DNA of 64,000 nucleotides from sequence record NZ_CP012903.1; one strand, written 5' to 3'. Both the position numbers and the translations under genes were made by a program. This DNA is from a plasmid. Position 1 is the first letter of the stretch. Every line of letters starts with the position of its first letter. Under the pieces are notes generated by a model that was not told where the DNA came from, ran no database searches, and was given only the letters and a program-made list of their open reading frames with translations. Positions 21,967 to 35,735 of this stretch are shown here, one piece after another.

Positions 21967-22194
21967 ACTCGAAAACTTCAGTTAACTCATTTTTTATAAA
22001 TCCCTTCTCATTAACTAGCTTAGTTTCTTTAAACTTATCGTGCGGAACTGGTTCTCTATAAGTCGATTTTTATAAGAAATGCGTACCATATTGCTTGGTG
22101 CAGATAAGGTAGACTTAAATTGCACTTTTATATCGATTACGCGCGCGTCCATTATATGATGTTGTTTATTTTTAGAGGATAGAACATAACCACA

Positions 22195-25100
22195 ATGAAA
22201 GAGATTAAATCAGGCCGTATTCAAATTTTGACAGAACAGGAGATTCATGAGCTCTATTCTCGTCCAATATTTAATCAAATTGAGCGTGAAGAATATTTTT
22301 CATTAGATCCGAGTATAAAAAAAATCCTCACTAAAATGGGAAAAATTGAAACGAAAATATATTTAATTCTTCTGATTGGTTATTTTCGCGCGAAGCCTGT
22401 TGTCGCTCAATTTAAACTACGAGAGGTTAAACAAGATGTCGACTATATTTATGCGACACATTTTCCAAATAGAAAGCCGAAATACCCCTTTATTGCTAAA
22501 AGTACTCGAGCAACATTGATCGCTAAAATGCATGAAATACTGGGTTTTTCGCGGTTATTAAGACAAGATAAACAAGCCTTGATAGAGCGTTTGGGTGATG
22601 TCGCAACAATCTGTACATACCCCAAATATATTTTTGATGAATGCCTCGCTTTTTTAGGTCAAAACAGAATTGGATTAGTGGGTTATTCCACTTTGCAAAA
22701 TATGATCACCACGGTTTTAGCTAATGAGAGGCATCGTACCGAGTTGATCCTTTCAAATAGCGTGCCACCAATAATACATAAAAAATTAAAGAAGATACTG
22801 CATACAAAAGGGGTTTTAAATAGTCTATCTGGCCAACAAGGCGCAGCTAAAGATTTTACACCGACAGAGCTCGCAAGTGAAATTGAAACGCATAATGCCA
22901 TAAAAAGTGTTTATCCCGACGTAAAACGTCTTGTTGGTGAATTGGGATTATCATTAGGTAATTTAAGCTATTATGCATCGATTATTCAACATCAATCGAT
23001 TTATAAAATTCGTCGATTTCCCGAATGGCAAGGCATGTTATATCTGGTTTGTTATCTATTTTTTCGCTACCAAGAAACTAATGATAAATTGGTAACAGCT
23101 TTTTTATATGTGACGAGAAAGCAAAGGGAAGCTGCGAGTGCTTTAGCTAAGTTACGCATTGCAGAAGAACTGGAAATTATTCGTGAAAAGTTAATGCATG
23201 CGGGTAATATTTTACACCTCTTTGTTGATGAAAACGTCAGTGACAATACGCAATTTGGTGATATTCGCCAAAATGCATTTGCAATGATGTCTAAAGATGA
23301 AATTCAGTTAATAAGTCAACATCTTAATAAGAATAGTTTTGATAAAACCCATTATGAGTGGCTATACATTGATACACAATACAGAAAAATTGCGAATACA
23401 ATGAGGTCACTCTTTCTCGCGATTGATATCGAGTGCGAACCAGGATTACAACTACTATCTTCCCAATTATTAACAGCAAAATCAGAACTTCAAAAAGATA
23501 AGCACATTTCTACCGTCGATCAGCGGTTACTGTTAAAAAACGATAAACCTTTTATCCTGATAGATGAACAGGTTAATACTCAACGATTTGAATACTATTT
23601 ATACCAAAAAGTGGCTCGGATGATTGAGAGTAACAATATTTACATCAATGAAAGCGCCAGCAACAAGCGTTTAGACGATGATCTGATTTCAGCCACCGAG
23701 TGGAAAAAAAGCCATGTCATCATTCAAAAAACAGGATTAACTCGGCTCAATACACCGATACAACAAACGCTTTCGGAATTAACGCAAAAACTGAGAGACC
23801 AAATGGAGCGAATTGGTCGCAATATCCATGATGGAGCCAATGATTTCGTGACACTTCAACCGCGTTCAAATCAGTTAACATGGAAACTGGCGAATAAACG
23901 CTGGAAAGATGACATTGATAATCCCATATATAACCAGCTCCAACATATGGGGATCATTGAAATTATGGACTATGTTCATCAAAAAACGGGTTACTTAGAT
24001 GCATTTAAAAATATCGCCATCAAAAAAGAAAAACACTAAGGCCAAAGAGGGCGATTTACTCGCTTGCATATTTGGAAATGGCTCAAACTATGGTGTTCAT
24101 CATATGTCATCAATATCAGATAGAGCCATCGGTGTGCTTAGAGCCGTCAATGATGGTTATATTAGGCCTGAAACAACGAGTGAAGCTAATGATATGATAG
24201 CTGATGCTTTAGCAAAACTCCCCATTTTCAAATATTATACGATTAACGAAAGTGCCCCATTTGGTAGTATTGATGGCCAAAAACATGGTTGCCGAATCAA
24301 TACATTTAAAGCCCGTTTTTCTGCTAAATATTTCCGAAAAGGGAAAGGCGTATCAGCACTCACATTAGTTTCAAATCATGTACCAATAAATACGAAAGTG
24401 ATTTCAGCCAATGAATATGAGGCTCACCACGCATTCGATTTACTCTATAATAATACCAGCCATATTCAGCCCAAAACATTAGCAACAGACACGCATGGCG
24501 TTAACAATGTAAACTTTGCTATCCTTGATCTCTTTGGGTATCAGTTTGCCCCGCGATATGCAAAATTTAAACACGTTTTTAATGAATTGTTTGAGATCGA
24601 GTATGATGAAATCCTTTCCCTGAAACTTAAAAAATCGCTCAACTTATCACTCATTCAAGAAGAGTGGGAAAATATTCAATGGATAATTTGTTCATTAAGC
24701 CGTAAAACGACGACACAAAGCACGGTGATTACTAAGCTTTCTAACAGTAAGAAAAACAATCGCACCTTAGCGGCTCTTCGTGAATATGACCGAATAATTA
24801 AGTGTTTATACGTTCTCGATTATGTTGATGACAAAATGCTCAGGCAGTTTGTCCAACAAGCACTTAATCGGGGTGAGGCTTACCATCAATTACGGCGTGC
24901 AATTGCGTCAATTAATGGTAATCAATTCAGAGGTGGCGATGATTACCAGATAGAACAATGGAATGATTGTGCTCGTATCATTGCTAACTGCATTATTTAT
25001 TATAATTCTGCATTATTATCCAGTTTGATTGAAAAATTTGCGCGTGAAAATAATCAAGAAGCGGTGAATATGATAGCTGAGTTATCACCTGTCGCATGGC

Positions 25101-25222
25101 AGCATATACAGCTGGCCGGTAATTACACCTTTGGCCTTAAAAAAGATAATATTGTACTGGAAAGATTACTGGAGAATTTAGATCCTCTTATTTCAGAAGA
25201 GTCGTTAAGCTTAGCGGCATAG
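22195..25222 (+). pseudogene. tnpA: Tn3-family transposase TnpA split by a frameshift (614 aa + 407 aa ORFs)
   Basis: The N-terminal ORF aligns with Tn3-family TnpA N-termini and the C-terminal ORF with the DDE region (...LATDTHGVNNVNFAILDLFGYQFAPR...). The ORFs overlap at 23999-24039 in different frames. Confidence 0.7.
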
Positions 25223-25324
25223 TCTATTAATATTATTAAACTATATATCGGCTGTAGTCCTTGATATCAAAGGGCTACAAGCAAACTTTGGACTTTTCGA
25301 TGAAATGGGCACACAACCCCAAAA

Positions 25325-25399
25325 TCGGTGGAGCTGCATGACAAAGTCATCGGGCATTATCTGAACATAAAACACTATCAATAAGTTGGAGTCATTACC
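25325..25399 (-). mobile_element. IS1 remnant (last about 75 bp including IRR)
   Basis: ...AAAATCGGTGGAGCTGCATGACAAAGTCATCGGGCATTATCTGAACATAAAACACTATCAATAAGTTGGAGTCATTACC matches the IS1 right end. It abuts the Tn3-family IR. Confidence 0.8.
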
Positions 25400-25596
25400 G
25401 CGAATGTGTTAGACGGTGTCCACCATAGAAAAGCCAGAAAACGAAATCAGATATTTTAGTCGCCACATATCGTGTCCTGTGATATTTGATTACTATCACC
25501 CGATAAGCGTATTAATAAATGCTGGCTCAACATTGGTGGATATTTAAATGGTCATATTCCTGATGACCTAACGTGGGAGTTGTGTCGGGCTTAAAG

Positions 25597-25965
25597 CTAA
25601 TTCACCGTAAGAACAATTTTCCCAACATGCTTGCCGGACTCCATCAATGCATGCGCGCGTGCTGCTTCGCGTAACGGGAATGTGCTGTGAATCATGGGAT
25701 GGCAACGACCTGCATTGAGAATCGGCCAGATATTTTTAAGCAAGTCATTGGCAATTTCGGCTTTTTCGACCGAAGTTCGTGCTCGCATCGTTGAACCCGT
25801 GACAACCGCTCGCTTCAACGCGAGTTCTTGCAGATCCACTTGATCTGCGAAAGCTCCGCCAAGGAAGCCAATGATTACCAGCCGGCCATCCATTCCTAAA
25901 CTCCTCATATTTCGGGAGAAATAGGATGCACCCATTATATCGAGAATGATATCGGCGTTTTTCAA
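25597..25965 (-). pseudogene. Quinone oxidoreductase / Zn-dependent alcohol dehydrogenase family gene, C-terminal fragment (split by an IS)
   Basis: ...KNADIILDIMGASYF...GKIVLTVN, the MDR-superfamily C-terminus. It continues the N-terminal fragment at 27585-28239. Confidence 0.7.
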
Positions 25966-25985
25966 GGTAGTTGTCGCCTGAGCTG

Positions 25986-26933
25986 TTAAGCAGCTTCTTT
26001 TTTGTTCTCTGGGTTTAATTTCACATCACCGATTTCCTCCCAGTTTCTAATACCCTTTGACCAGCGGTTAGGGTTCTTTTTTTGCGCTTTGGTATATAGC
26101 TCATGGCGTCTTGCCAATATCGCTTTATCTTCACCATTATGGCGTTGCGCTGGTGTCACGAATTTGATGCGACTATGCCTGTGCTCAGTGTTGTACCATT
26201 GAGCGAAGCCTTTCATCCAAGCTCTTGCATCTTCAAGGCTTTTAAAGCCTTCGCTTGGCCAGCGGTGACTGTATTTGACCGTGCGGAACAATGATTCTGA
26301 GTACGGATTATCATTGCTGACACCGGGGCGGCTACGAGAGCCAATGACACCCATATCAAGCATTTTGGCTTGCATCGTCAAACATTTCATCGGGCTACCG
26401 TTATCTGAATGCAATACCACGTCTTTTTTAACGCATTTCTCAGACCAGAGCGTGCGCTCAAGCAATTGGGCAGCATGTTCACCTGATTCACTGTCATGAA
26501 CTTCCCACCCGACAACCTTACGGCTGAAGATGTCGATTATCATGTAGAGGTAGAAGAACCGACCAATGACCGTTGACGGGCAGTAACTAATATCCCAAGT
26601 CCACACTTGGTTTGGCGCTGTCGCTGTGTACCCCTTAGGTTTAGCTCGGCTACCTTTAGGTTTTGCTTTACCTCGATGGGCTAGCTGGTCATTGGCTTTC
26701 AACACACGATAAAAGCTCGATTCAGACGCGAGATATTGCCCGTTATCTGCCAGCATTGGCACTATCTGACTTGGCCCTAAATTGGCGTATTCTTCTTGGT
26801 TACAGGTAGCTAATATCGCTTGCTGCTCTTCCTCAGTGAGCTTGTTACTCGGTTCTGGCCTATCAGCTGTAGGTCTTTTGTCACCACTGATTTCACCGCT
26901 TTCCTGCCAGCGTTGTAATGTGCGTACAGACAT
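25986..26933 (-). CDS. IS3-family transposase OrfB (DDE integrase core)
   Basis: ...VWTWDISYCP...HSDNGSPM...NDNPYSESLFRTVKYS... matches the rve integrase domain. Confidence 0.8.
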   Translation of the reverse strand: MSVRTLQRWQESGEISGDKRPTADRPEPSNKLTEEEQQAILATCNQEEYANLGPSQIVPMLADNGQYLASESSFYRVLKANDQLAHRGKAKPKGSRAKPKGYTATAPNQVWTWDISYCPSTVIGRFFYLYMIIDIFSRKVVGWEVHDSESGEHAAQLLERTLWSEKCVKKDVVLHSDNGSPMKCLTMQAKMLDMGVIGSRSRPGVSNDNPYSESLFRTVKYSHRWPSEGFKSLEDARAWMKGFAQWYNTEHRHSRIKFVTPAQRHNGEDKAILARRHELYTKAQKKNPNRWSKGIRNWEEIGDVKLNPENKKEAA

Positions 26934-27025
26934 ACCAACTTCTTCACAGGCTTTCTCTTTTCTAGCACCTGAGCCGACTGCTTCATCAATCAGAGATGCG
27001 TAATGCTGCCTATCTGTGAGTGAGG

Positions 27026-27517
27026 TTAATTGTCCTCGTCTTCCCCCCAGTAGGCATTTAACTTTTTTCTGAGCACCAACAACGCTGCCGTTTCAGCAAG
27101 CGCAGCATCTTTGCGCTTTAACTCTCTTTCTAACTCTTTAATCCGCTTACGATCATCCTTTCGCTCTTGGGTTAATTGCTTACGTTGCTGGGCTTTAGTT
27201 TGATTGCCTGCAATGCAGCTTCGCTTCCATTCTTTAACTTGCTCAGGGTAAAGCCCTTTTTCACGGCAATACTCACTTAACTCAATTTCGCTCAATGCTG
27301 CTGTTTCTAAAACAATTGAGAACTTTTGCTCTGGTGACCAACCATCTGAACTATTGCTATCAGCCAAACTAGAACCTGCTTTTAAATACTTATCTCGCCA
27401 TGAATACAAAGTAGATAAGTTGATACTTTCTAGCTTTGCGAATTGGCGTAATGATAAGCCACTTTCAACCAGCTTTCTAATGATGGCTTTCTTATGATCT
27501 TCAGGATAATGCTTCAC
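27026..27517 (-). CDS. IS3-family transposase OrfA
   Basis: HTH followed by a coiled coil (KELERELKRKDAALAETAALLVL). Confidence 0.75.
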   Translation of the reverse strand: MKHYPEDHKKAIIRKLVESGLSLRQFAKLESINLSTLYSWRDKYLKAGSSLADSNSSDGWSPEQKFSIVLETAALSEIELSEYCREKGLYPEQVKEWKRSCIAGNQTKAQQRKQLTQERKDDRKRIKELERELKRKDAALAETAALLVLRKKLNAYWGEDEDN

Positions 27518-27584
27518 TAATATCTAACTTACCGCTCCCTGTTATATTTTTATGAAAAACTGAGGCGACAACTATCCTGACACA

Positions 27585-28239
27585 GGGGGATATCAACGCC
27601 ACGGCCATCCGTTTGCTTCAAAATGAAATCAGAAAAATCAGTTGTCCGGTAGTTGACTGGCGTAGCGCCAAGCTCTGCGATCACATCGCATTTATCATCT
27701 GATCCAGCCGTCGCATATGCCTCGATACCGATTTCGCGGCATAGCATCAACGCGGTTGTGCCGATACCACTTGTTCCCCCATGAATCAGAACACTCTGAC
27801 CCTGTGTTGCGCCACCAATCTTGAACAAGTTTGCCCAGACGGTGAACAGAGTCTCAGGAAGTGCCGCCGCTGCTATCATTGACATGCTGTCTGGCACCGG
27901 CAGTGTCTGGCTTTCCGGCACGATGCAATACTCACCATAACCACCGCCATTCGTCAGAGCACAGACTCGGTCACCAATCTTTACGCCCGTGACGCCTTCT
28001 CCAATTGATGAAACCGTTCCAGCGACCTCAAGACCAGGAATAGGGGTTACGTCGTCAGGCATAGGGTAATGACCCTGGCGTTGAATGACGTCAGGACGAT
28101 TAACACCTGCGGCCTTGACGCGAACCAAAATTTCCCCAGCCTTTGGCACCGGAATCGTTGTCTGAACGGGCGTTAAAACCTCTGGCCCGCCAGGCTCAGA
28201 GATTTCAATGACAGTCATTTTATTCGCAGTATGTAACAT
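27585..28239 (-). pseudogene. Quinone oxidoreductase gene, N-terminal fragment
   Basis: MLHTANKMTVIEISEPGGPEVLTPVQTTIPVPKAGEILVRVKAAGVNRPD...GGTSGIGTTA is an MDR/Zn-ADH N-terminus with a Rossmann GxGxxG. Confidence 0.7.
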
Positions 28240-28409
28240 GAACGTAAGTCCTTATGATTTTGTTTTTCGTTGAATTTCCCAACTACACTGTGTCTCATCA
28301 CTAGCCACTTTTCTGTACGTTGCAGCACGTACCCTCTGCGGATTCCGATTTACTTGAACATCCATTCCGGTTTTATTTGAACACCTTGGATCAACGCATC
28401 GTTGGCTAA

Positions 28410-29206
28410 GGAAGTTGCGATTAAGTGGTCCGCAGCTCCCGATATGACGCCCCAAACCGTCCTTTATCGACGTCCTGTGGCTCAATTTTCCAATTTTCAG
28501 CCCAAAATCGTCTCTTCGTGGCTGATTTTGGCCCTGTTTCAGGCCAATTTCCTCATTTCAGGTAGATCTCGCCTGTGCCCGTATCAATTGGTCAACTCGA
28601 ACCAGGTTCGCCAGGGTGAATAACATCGCCAGTTGACTGTCATTTTTAGCCAGCCCCTTGTACCTGGCTTTGACGAAACCAAACTGACATTTTACTATCC
28701 GAAATGGATGCTCAACCTTCGCTCGGATACTCGCTTTCAGGTATTCGTAACGGATGGCCAGCTTGTTCTTGCGCGGGTGTTGCTTCAATGCATTCACTTT
28801 GCCGGGACGCTTGGCGATAAGCCAGTCTGCGCTGACATCGCTGAGCTCATCGCGCTTTTCGGCCCCCTGATAACCAGCATCGGCTGAGATAAATTCTTCA
28901 TCGCCATGCAGTAACTTGCCAACCTGATTGAGGTCGTGCTCGTTAGCCGCCGTGGTCACCAGACTGTGGGTCAGGCCACTTTTGGCGTCCACGCCAATGT
29001 GCGCTTTCATGCCGAAGTACCACTGGTTACCTTTCTTGGTCTGGTGCATGTCTTCATCACGGCTGTTGTGTTTGTTTTTGGTAGAGCTGGGGGCTTGAAT
29101 GATGGTGGCATCCACCAAGGTGCCCTGGGTCATTAGAACGCCACACTCTGCTAGCCAGTGATTAACGGTACTGAAGATTTTGCGGGCCAGTTCATGCTGC
29201 TCCAGC
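28410..29206 (-). mobile_element. IS5-family (ISKpn26-like) remnant; end GGAAGTTGCGATTAAG with CTAA flank, cut by IS26
   Basis: The transposase C-terminal 217 aa is about 70% like IS5 InsH. The 5' part is replaced by IS26 at 29207. Confidence 0.7.
28558..29206 (-). pseudogene. IS5-family transposase, N-terminally truncated
   Basis: [21 protein letters not shown]...DDE region. Confidence 0.7.
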
Positions 29207-30026
29207 GGCACTGTTGCAAATAGTCGGTGGTGATAAACTTATCATCCCCTTTTGCTGATGGAGCTGCACATGAACCCATTCAAAGGCCGGCATTTTCAGC
29301 GTGACATCATTCTGTGGGCCGTACGCTGGTACTGCAAATACGGCATCAGTTACCGTGAGCTGCAGGAGATGCTGGCTGAACGCGGAGTGAATGTCGATCA
29401 CTCCACGATTTACCGCTGGGTTCAGCGTTATGCGCCTGAAATGGAAAAACGGCTGCGCTGGTACTGGCGTAACCCTTCCGATCTTTGCCCGTGGCACATG
29501 GATGAAACCTACGTGAAGGTCAATGGCCGCTGGGCGTATCTGTACCGGGCCGTCGACAGCCGGGGCCGCACTGTCGATTTTTATCTCTCCTCCCGTCGTA
29601 ACAGCAAAGCTGCATACCGGTTTCTGGGTAAAATCCTCAACAACGTGAAGAAGTGGCAGATCCCGCGATTCATCAACACGGATAAAGCGCCCGCCTATGG
29701 TCGCGCGCTTGCTCTGCTCAAACGCGAAGGCCGGTGCCCGTCTGACGTTGAACACCGACAGATTAAGTACCGGAACAACGTGATTGAATGCGATCATGGC
29801 AAACTGAAACGGATAATCGGCGCCACGCTGGGATTTAAATCCATGAAGACGGCTTACGCCACCATCAAAGGTATTGAGGTGATGCGTGCACTACGCAAAG
29901 GCCAGGCCTCAGCATTTTATTATGGTGATCCCCTGGGCGAAATGCGCCTGGTAAGCAGAGTTTTTGAAATGTAAGGCCTTTGAATAAGACAAAACGCTGC
30001 CTCATCGCTAACTTTGCAACAGTGCC
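29207..30026 (+). mobile_element. IS26 (820 bp)
   Basis: 14-bp IRs GGCACTGTTGCAAA and TTTGCAACAGTGCC at the ends. The length is exactly 820 bp. Confidence 0.9.
29270..29974 (+). CDS. tnpA: IS26 transposase Tnp26 (234 aa)
   Basis: MNPFKGRHFQRDIILWAVRWYCKYGISYRELQEM... Confidence 0.9.
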   Translation: MNPFKGRHFQRDIILWAVRWYCKYGISYRELQEMLAERGVNVDHSTIYRWVQRYAPEMEKRLRWYWRNPSDLCPWHMDETYVKVNGRWAYLYRAVDSRGRTVDFYLSSRRNSKAAYRFLGKILNNVKKWQIPRFINTDKAPAYGRALALLKREGRCPSDVEHRQIKYRNNVIECDHGKLKRIIGATLGFKSMKTAYATIKGIEVMRALRKGQASAFYYGDPLGEMRLVSRVFEM

Positions 30027-30300
30027 CCTAATCGTGTTCAGCAGAATAGCCGGAGGAAGTTTCCTACTGTCGATAAGAAAGGATTGGCACAGGGAGTGTG
30101 AATATCGAAACACCATCACAGAATAATGCCAGATAGAAATGCGATAGTAGGGTTGGATATTTAAATAAGGAGCATCCCGACTTAAAATGAATATGACTGC
30201 GTAACCAGGCGCAATAAAAAAAGCGAAAGAATCGCTTTTATTCTGGTTGTTTTTTCGAAGAGTGACCGTTTTCTGAGATGACAAGAAATAAGGAAGTCCT

Positions 30301-30801
30301 ATGATCGCTAGCGGAATAGTTCAAAAAATGAATGCGCAAATGAATCAGGAGTTTTATACCTCAAATTTGTATCTTCAGCTCAGCCAGAGGTGCAGCGAGA
30401 ATAGCCTTAATGGCACCGCACTATTTTTGCGTCATCAGGCGCAAAATACGGTGACGCAAATGATGCGCATGTACGAATACATCAAACAGAGCGGCGCCAC
30501 GCCGGTGTTACAGGAGCAACACGCCCGGTGCGGTGAATTTTCCACGCTGGAAGATCTGTTTGAGCAGACGGTAAGCGATTACCAGAAGCGCATTAATGCG
30601 CTGACCTCTTTGACGGAAGACGCCCAGGCAGCAAACGATAAGTCAGCGATTAACTTCCTGAAGCGATACAGAAAAGAGGAAATCGTGGACGGGACGCTGT
30701 TGCAAATCATTCTGGATGAAGTCCGCAGCGCTAAAAAAGCGGGCATCAACATGCAGCAAACCGACCACTATCTGGTTGGCGTGATCGATCGCTATCACTA
30801 A
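30301..30801 (+). CDS. ftnB: Ferritin-like protein (FtnB-like bacterial non-haem ferritin, 166 aa)
   Basis: Collinear with E. coli FtnB: ...MNQEFYTSNLYLQLSQRCSENSLNGTALFLRHQAQNTVTQMMRMYEY...LLQIILDEVRSAKKAGI. Confidence 0.7.
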   Translation: MIASGIVQKMNAQMNQEFYTSNLYLQLSQRCSENSLNGTALFLRHQAQNTVTQMMRMYEYIKQSGATPVLQEQHARCGEFSTLEDLFEQTVSDYQKRINALTSLTEDAQAANDKSAINFLKRYRKEEIVDGTLLQIILDEVRSAKKAGINMQQTDHYLVGVIDRYH

Positions 30802-30816
30802 ATCAATTTCGCAGTA

Positions 30817-30850
30817 CGAGGAGGTTTTACGCCTCCTCAGAAAATCTGTT
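30817..30850 (+). terminator. Rho-independent terminator after the ftnB-like gene
   Basis: GAGGAGG-TTTTACG-CCTCCTC hairpin followed by a U-rich stretch. Confidence 0.55.
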
Positions 30851-30970
30851 TTACATCAGAAACAGAGGTTTATGCCAGTGAACATTTGATACCCAACACG
30901 TCATAGTGATTTTTTAACTTAGCGTTTTTATATCGTGCCAAAAATGTCTCTGCTTGTGTCTTTATATTAA

Positions 30971-32166
<1,196 letters not shown>

Positions 32167-32284
32167 ATAGCTAAACATGATTTCCCCATCAAACAGTAAG
32201 TCGTGTCAATTCCTAGAGTTAACACATTTCTGATCATGACTCACACGTTACGTTCAGTCGGTAGCCATCTGTGCAAAAAATGCG

Positions 32285-32322
32285 CTTAGCGTAGGATAAT
32301 TTCCTTTTTCCAAGCGGACCCC
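32285..32322 (-). repeat. 38-bp Tn3-family-type terminal IR (right end of the 15-kb insertion)
   Basis: Reverse complement GGGGTCCGCTTGGAAAAAGGAAATTATCCTACGCTAAG, followed by AGGGAC. Confidence 0.7.
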
Positions 32323-32412
32323 AGGGACAACGGAACGCAACACCAAGTAGATTGATGACATAAAGTTCCTTCAATTCCGATCTGCCCTCCCGCTTTCATT
32401 TTCTGCCGCAGA

Positions 32413-34181
32413 TCACTTTTGTTGCCATTCCTTTACAACAGCTCCCCAATCGACAGTTCTCTCGACCAATTTCCCATCAGCATACTTTCTTGTCCAAACA
32501 TCCCAGAAGTCAGGGTCATCAGAATGGGGTTGCTGATCTTTCGTCAAATTTTTCATTTTAACCAGGACAGGAAGCTCAGATGCCCAGCCCATCAGTATTG
32601 CATGTTGGGATGGCAGTGAAGGCAACTCACGGAGTAATCCTCGCAAATTATCAGGTACCATTTTATGAACTTGCTCCTGATCTTTGTCATTACTAATTCG
32701 ATGCAGAAGAAAAGTATTACATTGAGATAAAACTGTAGGTGATAATTCTGATGGTCGTTGCGAGGAAACCACCATCCCAAGACCAAATTTTCTGCCTTCT
32801 CGTGCAATTTTCTCAAACACTTGGCAGCAAACAGCTGCGACATCCTGATTTTCAGAGTCATCACGATACCGTTTAATAAATGTATGTGCTTCTTCAGCTA
32901 CAAGTACCGTAGGTAAAGATTTATTATATAGTCTTCTATAGCGTTGCAATGATTCAAAAATAATCCTTGAAATCACAGCAGTAACAATGTGAGTAATTTC
33001 GCTTGGAACTAGAGATAGATCTATTATAGAAATACAACTGTTATCATCTCTTGAACAATCGGTACCAAGATATTTCTCTAACCATTTAGCTAAGTCAATC
33101 CGATTATCAGCATCATTAGTAACAGATCTCATCCTTGTATCTGAGAGCATGGTGCGTATTCTGGCAACCAAATATTCAACATATTGTTCACTGCCATTTT
33201 CTTGAGCAAGAGCTTCTAAATAGGCAACCAGGTTATTACCATCAAATGGTAACGGTATATCTTCATTCTTTGGTAGTAACTCTTTCTCAAACCCTCCGAA
33301 CTCTCTAAATGCAGAGGTAACACTCTCGATAATGCTATCTATTTCAGGCACGGTCGCTTGCATGGTTGCGTACTGTACATTCCTATCTTGTCTATATTTA
33401 GACATTATTGTGATTACATTCGTTAAGTTGTTATTTCCAAGTTTATCTCTGTATCCTTCAAAGCTTTCAATCCATTTACCCATTATCTCGTTAAAGCCTT
33501 TTGCAGGCCCCCAAGCTCCAAAGGGTTTCCCTGAACTTTTATCATGTTTTAAGGTTATGAGAACATTCCCTAGAAAACGTTTTATTTCTATATTTGAGGT
33601 TGTTTCAAGTTCAAAATCTTCGTTTCTCATTGCCCTTAGAGAACGCTTTAGTAAAGGAAGTTGGGCTTTAGGACTCGCTTGCGTAAATGATGCCCATTCC
33701 GAGCTATTCCAAAACCAAGATGGCACTTGGAGTTGATGCTCATTTTCCCCAGCTTCGACTTTAAAAATTCTGCCTTTAAATTTTGTAGTTGGTCCCAAAG
33801 CACGTACATACTCGCCATTGGGGTCTAATATAATAAATCTGGCGTTTGGTTTTACTTCTGACTCCATTGCAGCTTCGAGTGACCATTGGATTAATCCTGC
33901 GACAGAACAAGACTTACCACTACCAGTATTACCAAGTACTGCTATATGACGACCAAATAATCTATCAGGGTCTACGGCTACATTAGCATTGTTAGCAAGT
34001 GGACTTTGCCCAATAACTATTCGTCTATTATCACCAGACTCGACAATTGATCTAAGCTGTAAATCTGTTGGTAGTAAAATAGCTGAACCAATAGAAGGAA
34101 ATGATTCAGAGCCGCGTTGAAATTTAAAATAATCAGTACCATCTTTGGAAAAGCGTTTAAGAGTTCCGACTGGATTTAAAC
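32413..34181 (-). pseudogene. herA: herA C-terminal part (HerA/FtsK-like ATPase of a SIR2-HerA defence pair), separated from its N-terminus by an IS911-like element
   Basis: Walker A GNTGSGKS, ILDPNGEY, Walker B VLVAEEAH and a SQRPSEL motif. The first 21 codons of ORF 32413..34245 are IS-derived. Confidence 0.75.
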
Positions 34182-34189
34182 TGAAGTGG

Positions 34190-35364
<1,175 letters not shown>

Positions 35365-35437
35365 GTGCTCACCTGTGATGTTATTGAGGTAAGAATATCA
35401 CCTCTAGTCAGGTGGCCAAATTAACTATGCCACTTCA

Positions 35438-35735
35438 AACTTATTTTTTTTCGAGGAAATGGTAGGTTTACTAGACCAAAATCTTGAATATCTCTTTGTT
35501 TAGGATAAGGTGAATGCTCAACTGCAAGCCACTCTATTTGCCCAACTAAGTAACCATTATCACATGAGACTAATACATAGCTGTTTACTCTAGGAAAATT
35601 TCTAGGTGTGCCTGCATTCAAAGCGACAGCATCAGGTGAATCGATATCTAATAGTGCTCTAATTTCATTGGGTGAAACAAAATCTACAGTACCTACCCTG
35701 AGTTGCTCACCTTGTTCAATGGGAAATGAGTTCAT
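35438..35735 (-). pseudogene. herA: herA N-terminal part (HAS-barrel-like N-domain, about 97 codons), overlapping the SIR2 stop by 4 nt
   Basis: MNSFPIEQGEQLRVGTVDFVSPNEIRALLD...GYLVGQIEWLAVE... The frame continues into native sequence at 34181 once the IS and one GTT copy are removed. Confidence 0.65.

Larger units (their letters stand above)
18202..25320 (+). mobile_element. AT-rich Tn3-family transposon (about 7.1 kb) carrying tnpR, a parDE-like TA pair, a repeat-protein gene and a frameshifted tnpA
   Basis: Inverted repeats of about 43 bp at 18202-18244 (GGGGTTTCTCGCCCATTTCATCCAAAAGTCTAAAGTTTGCTCG) and 25278-25320 (reverse complement GGGGTTGTGTGCCCATTTCATCGAAAAGTCCAAAGTTTGCTTG) bracket tnpR and tnpA. 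Confidence 0.65.
25966..27584 (-). mobile_element. IS3-family insertion sequence (about 1.6 kb) inserted in the oxidoreductase gene
   Basis: Terminal inverted repeats T(C/G)AGGCGACAACTA(C/T)C at both ends. It encodes orfA (HTH/leucine zipper) and orfB (DDE). Confidence 0.65.

Noticed and set aside
29192-29797. 201-aa ORF antisense to the IS26 transposase
   Set aside because: It is a known shadow ORF of IS26 and has no function.
33332-33736. 134-aa plus ORF inside herA
   Set aside because: It is antisense to the conserved ATPase core and is spurious.
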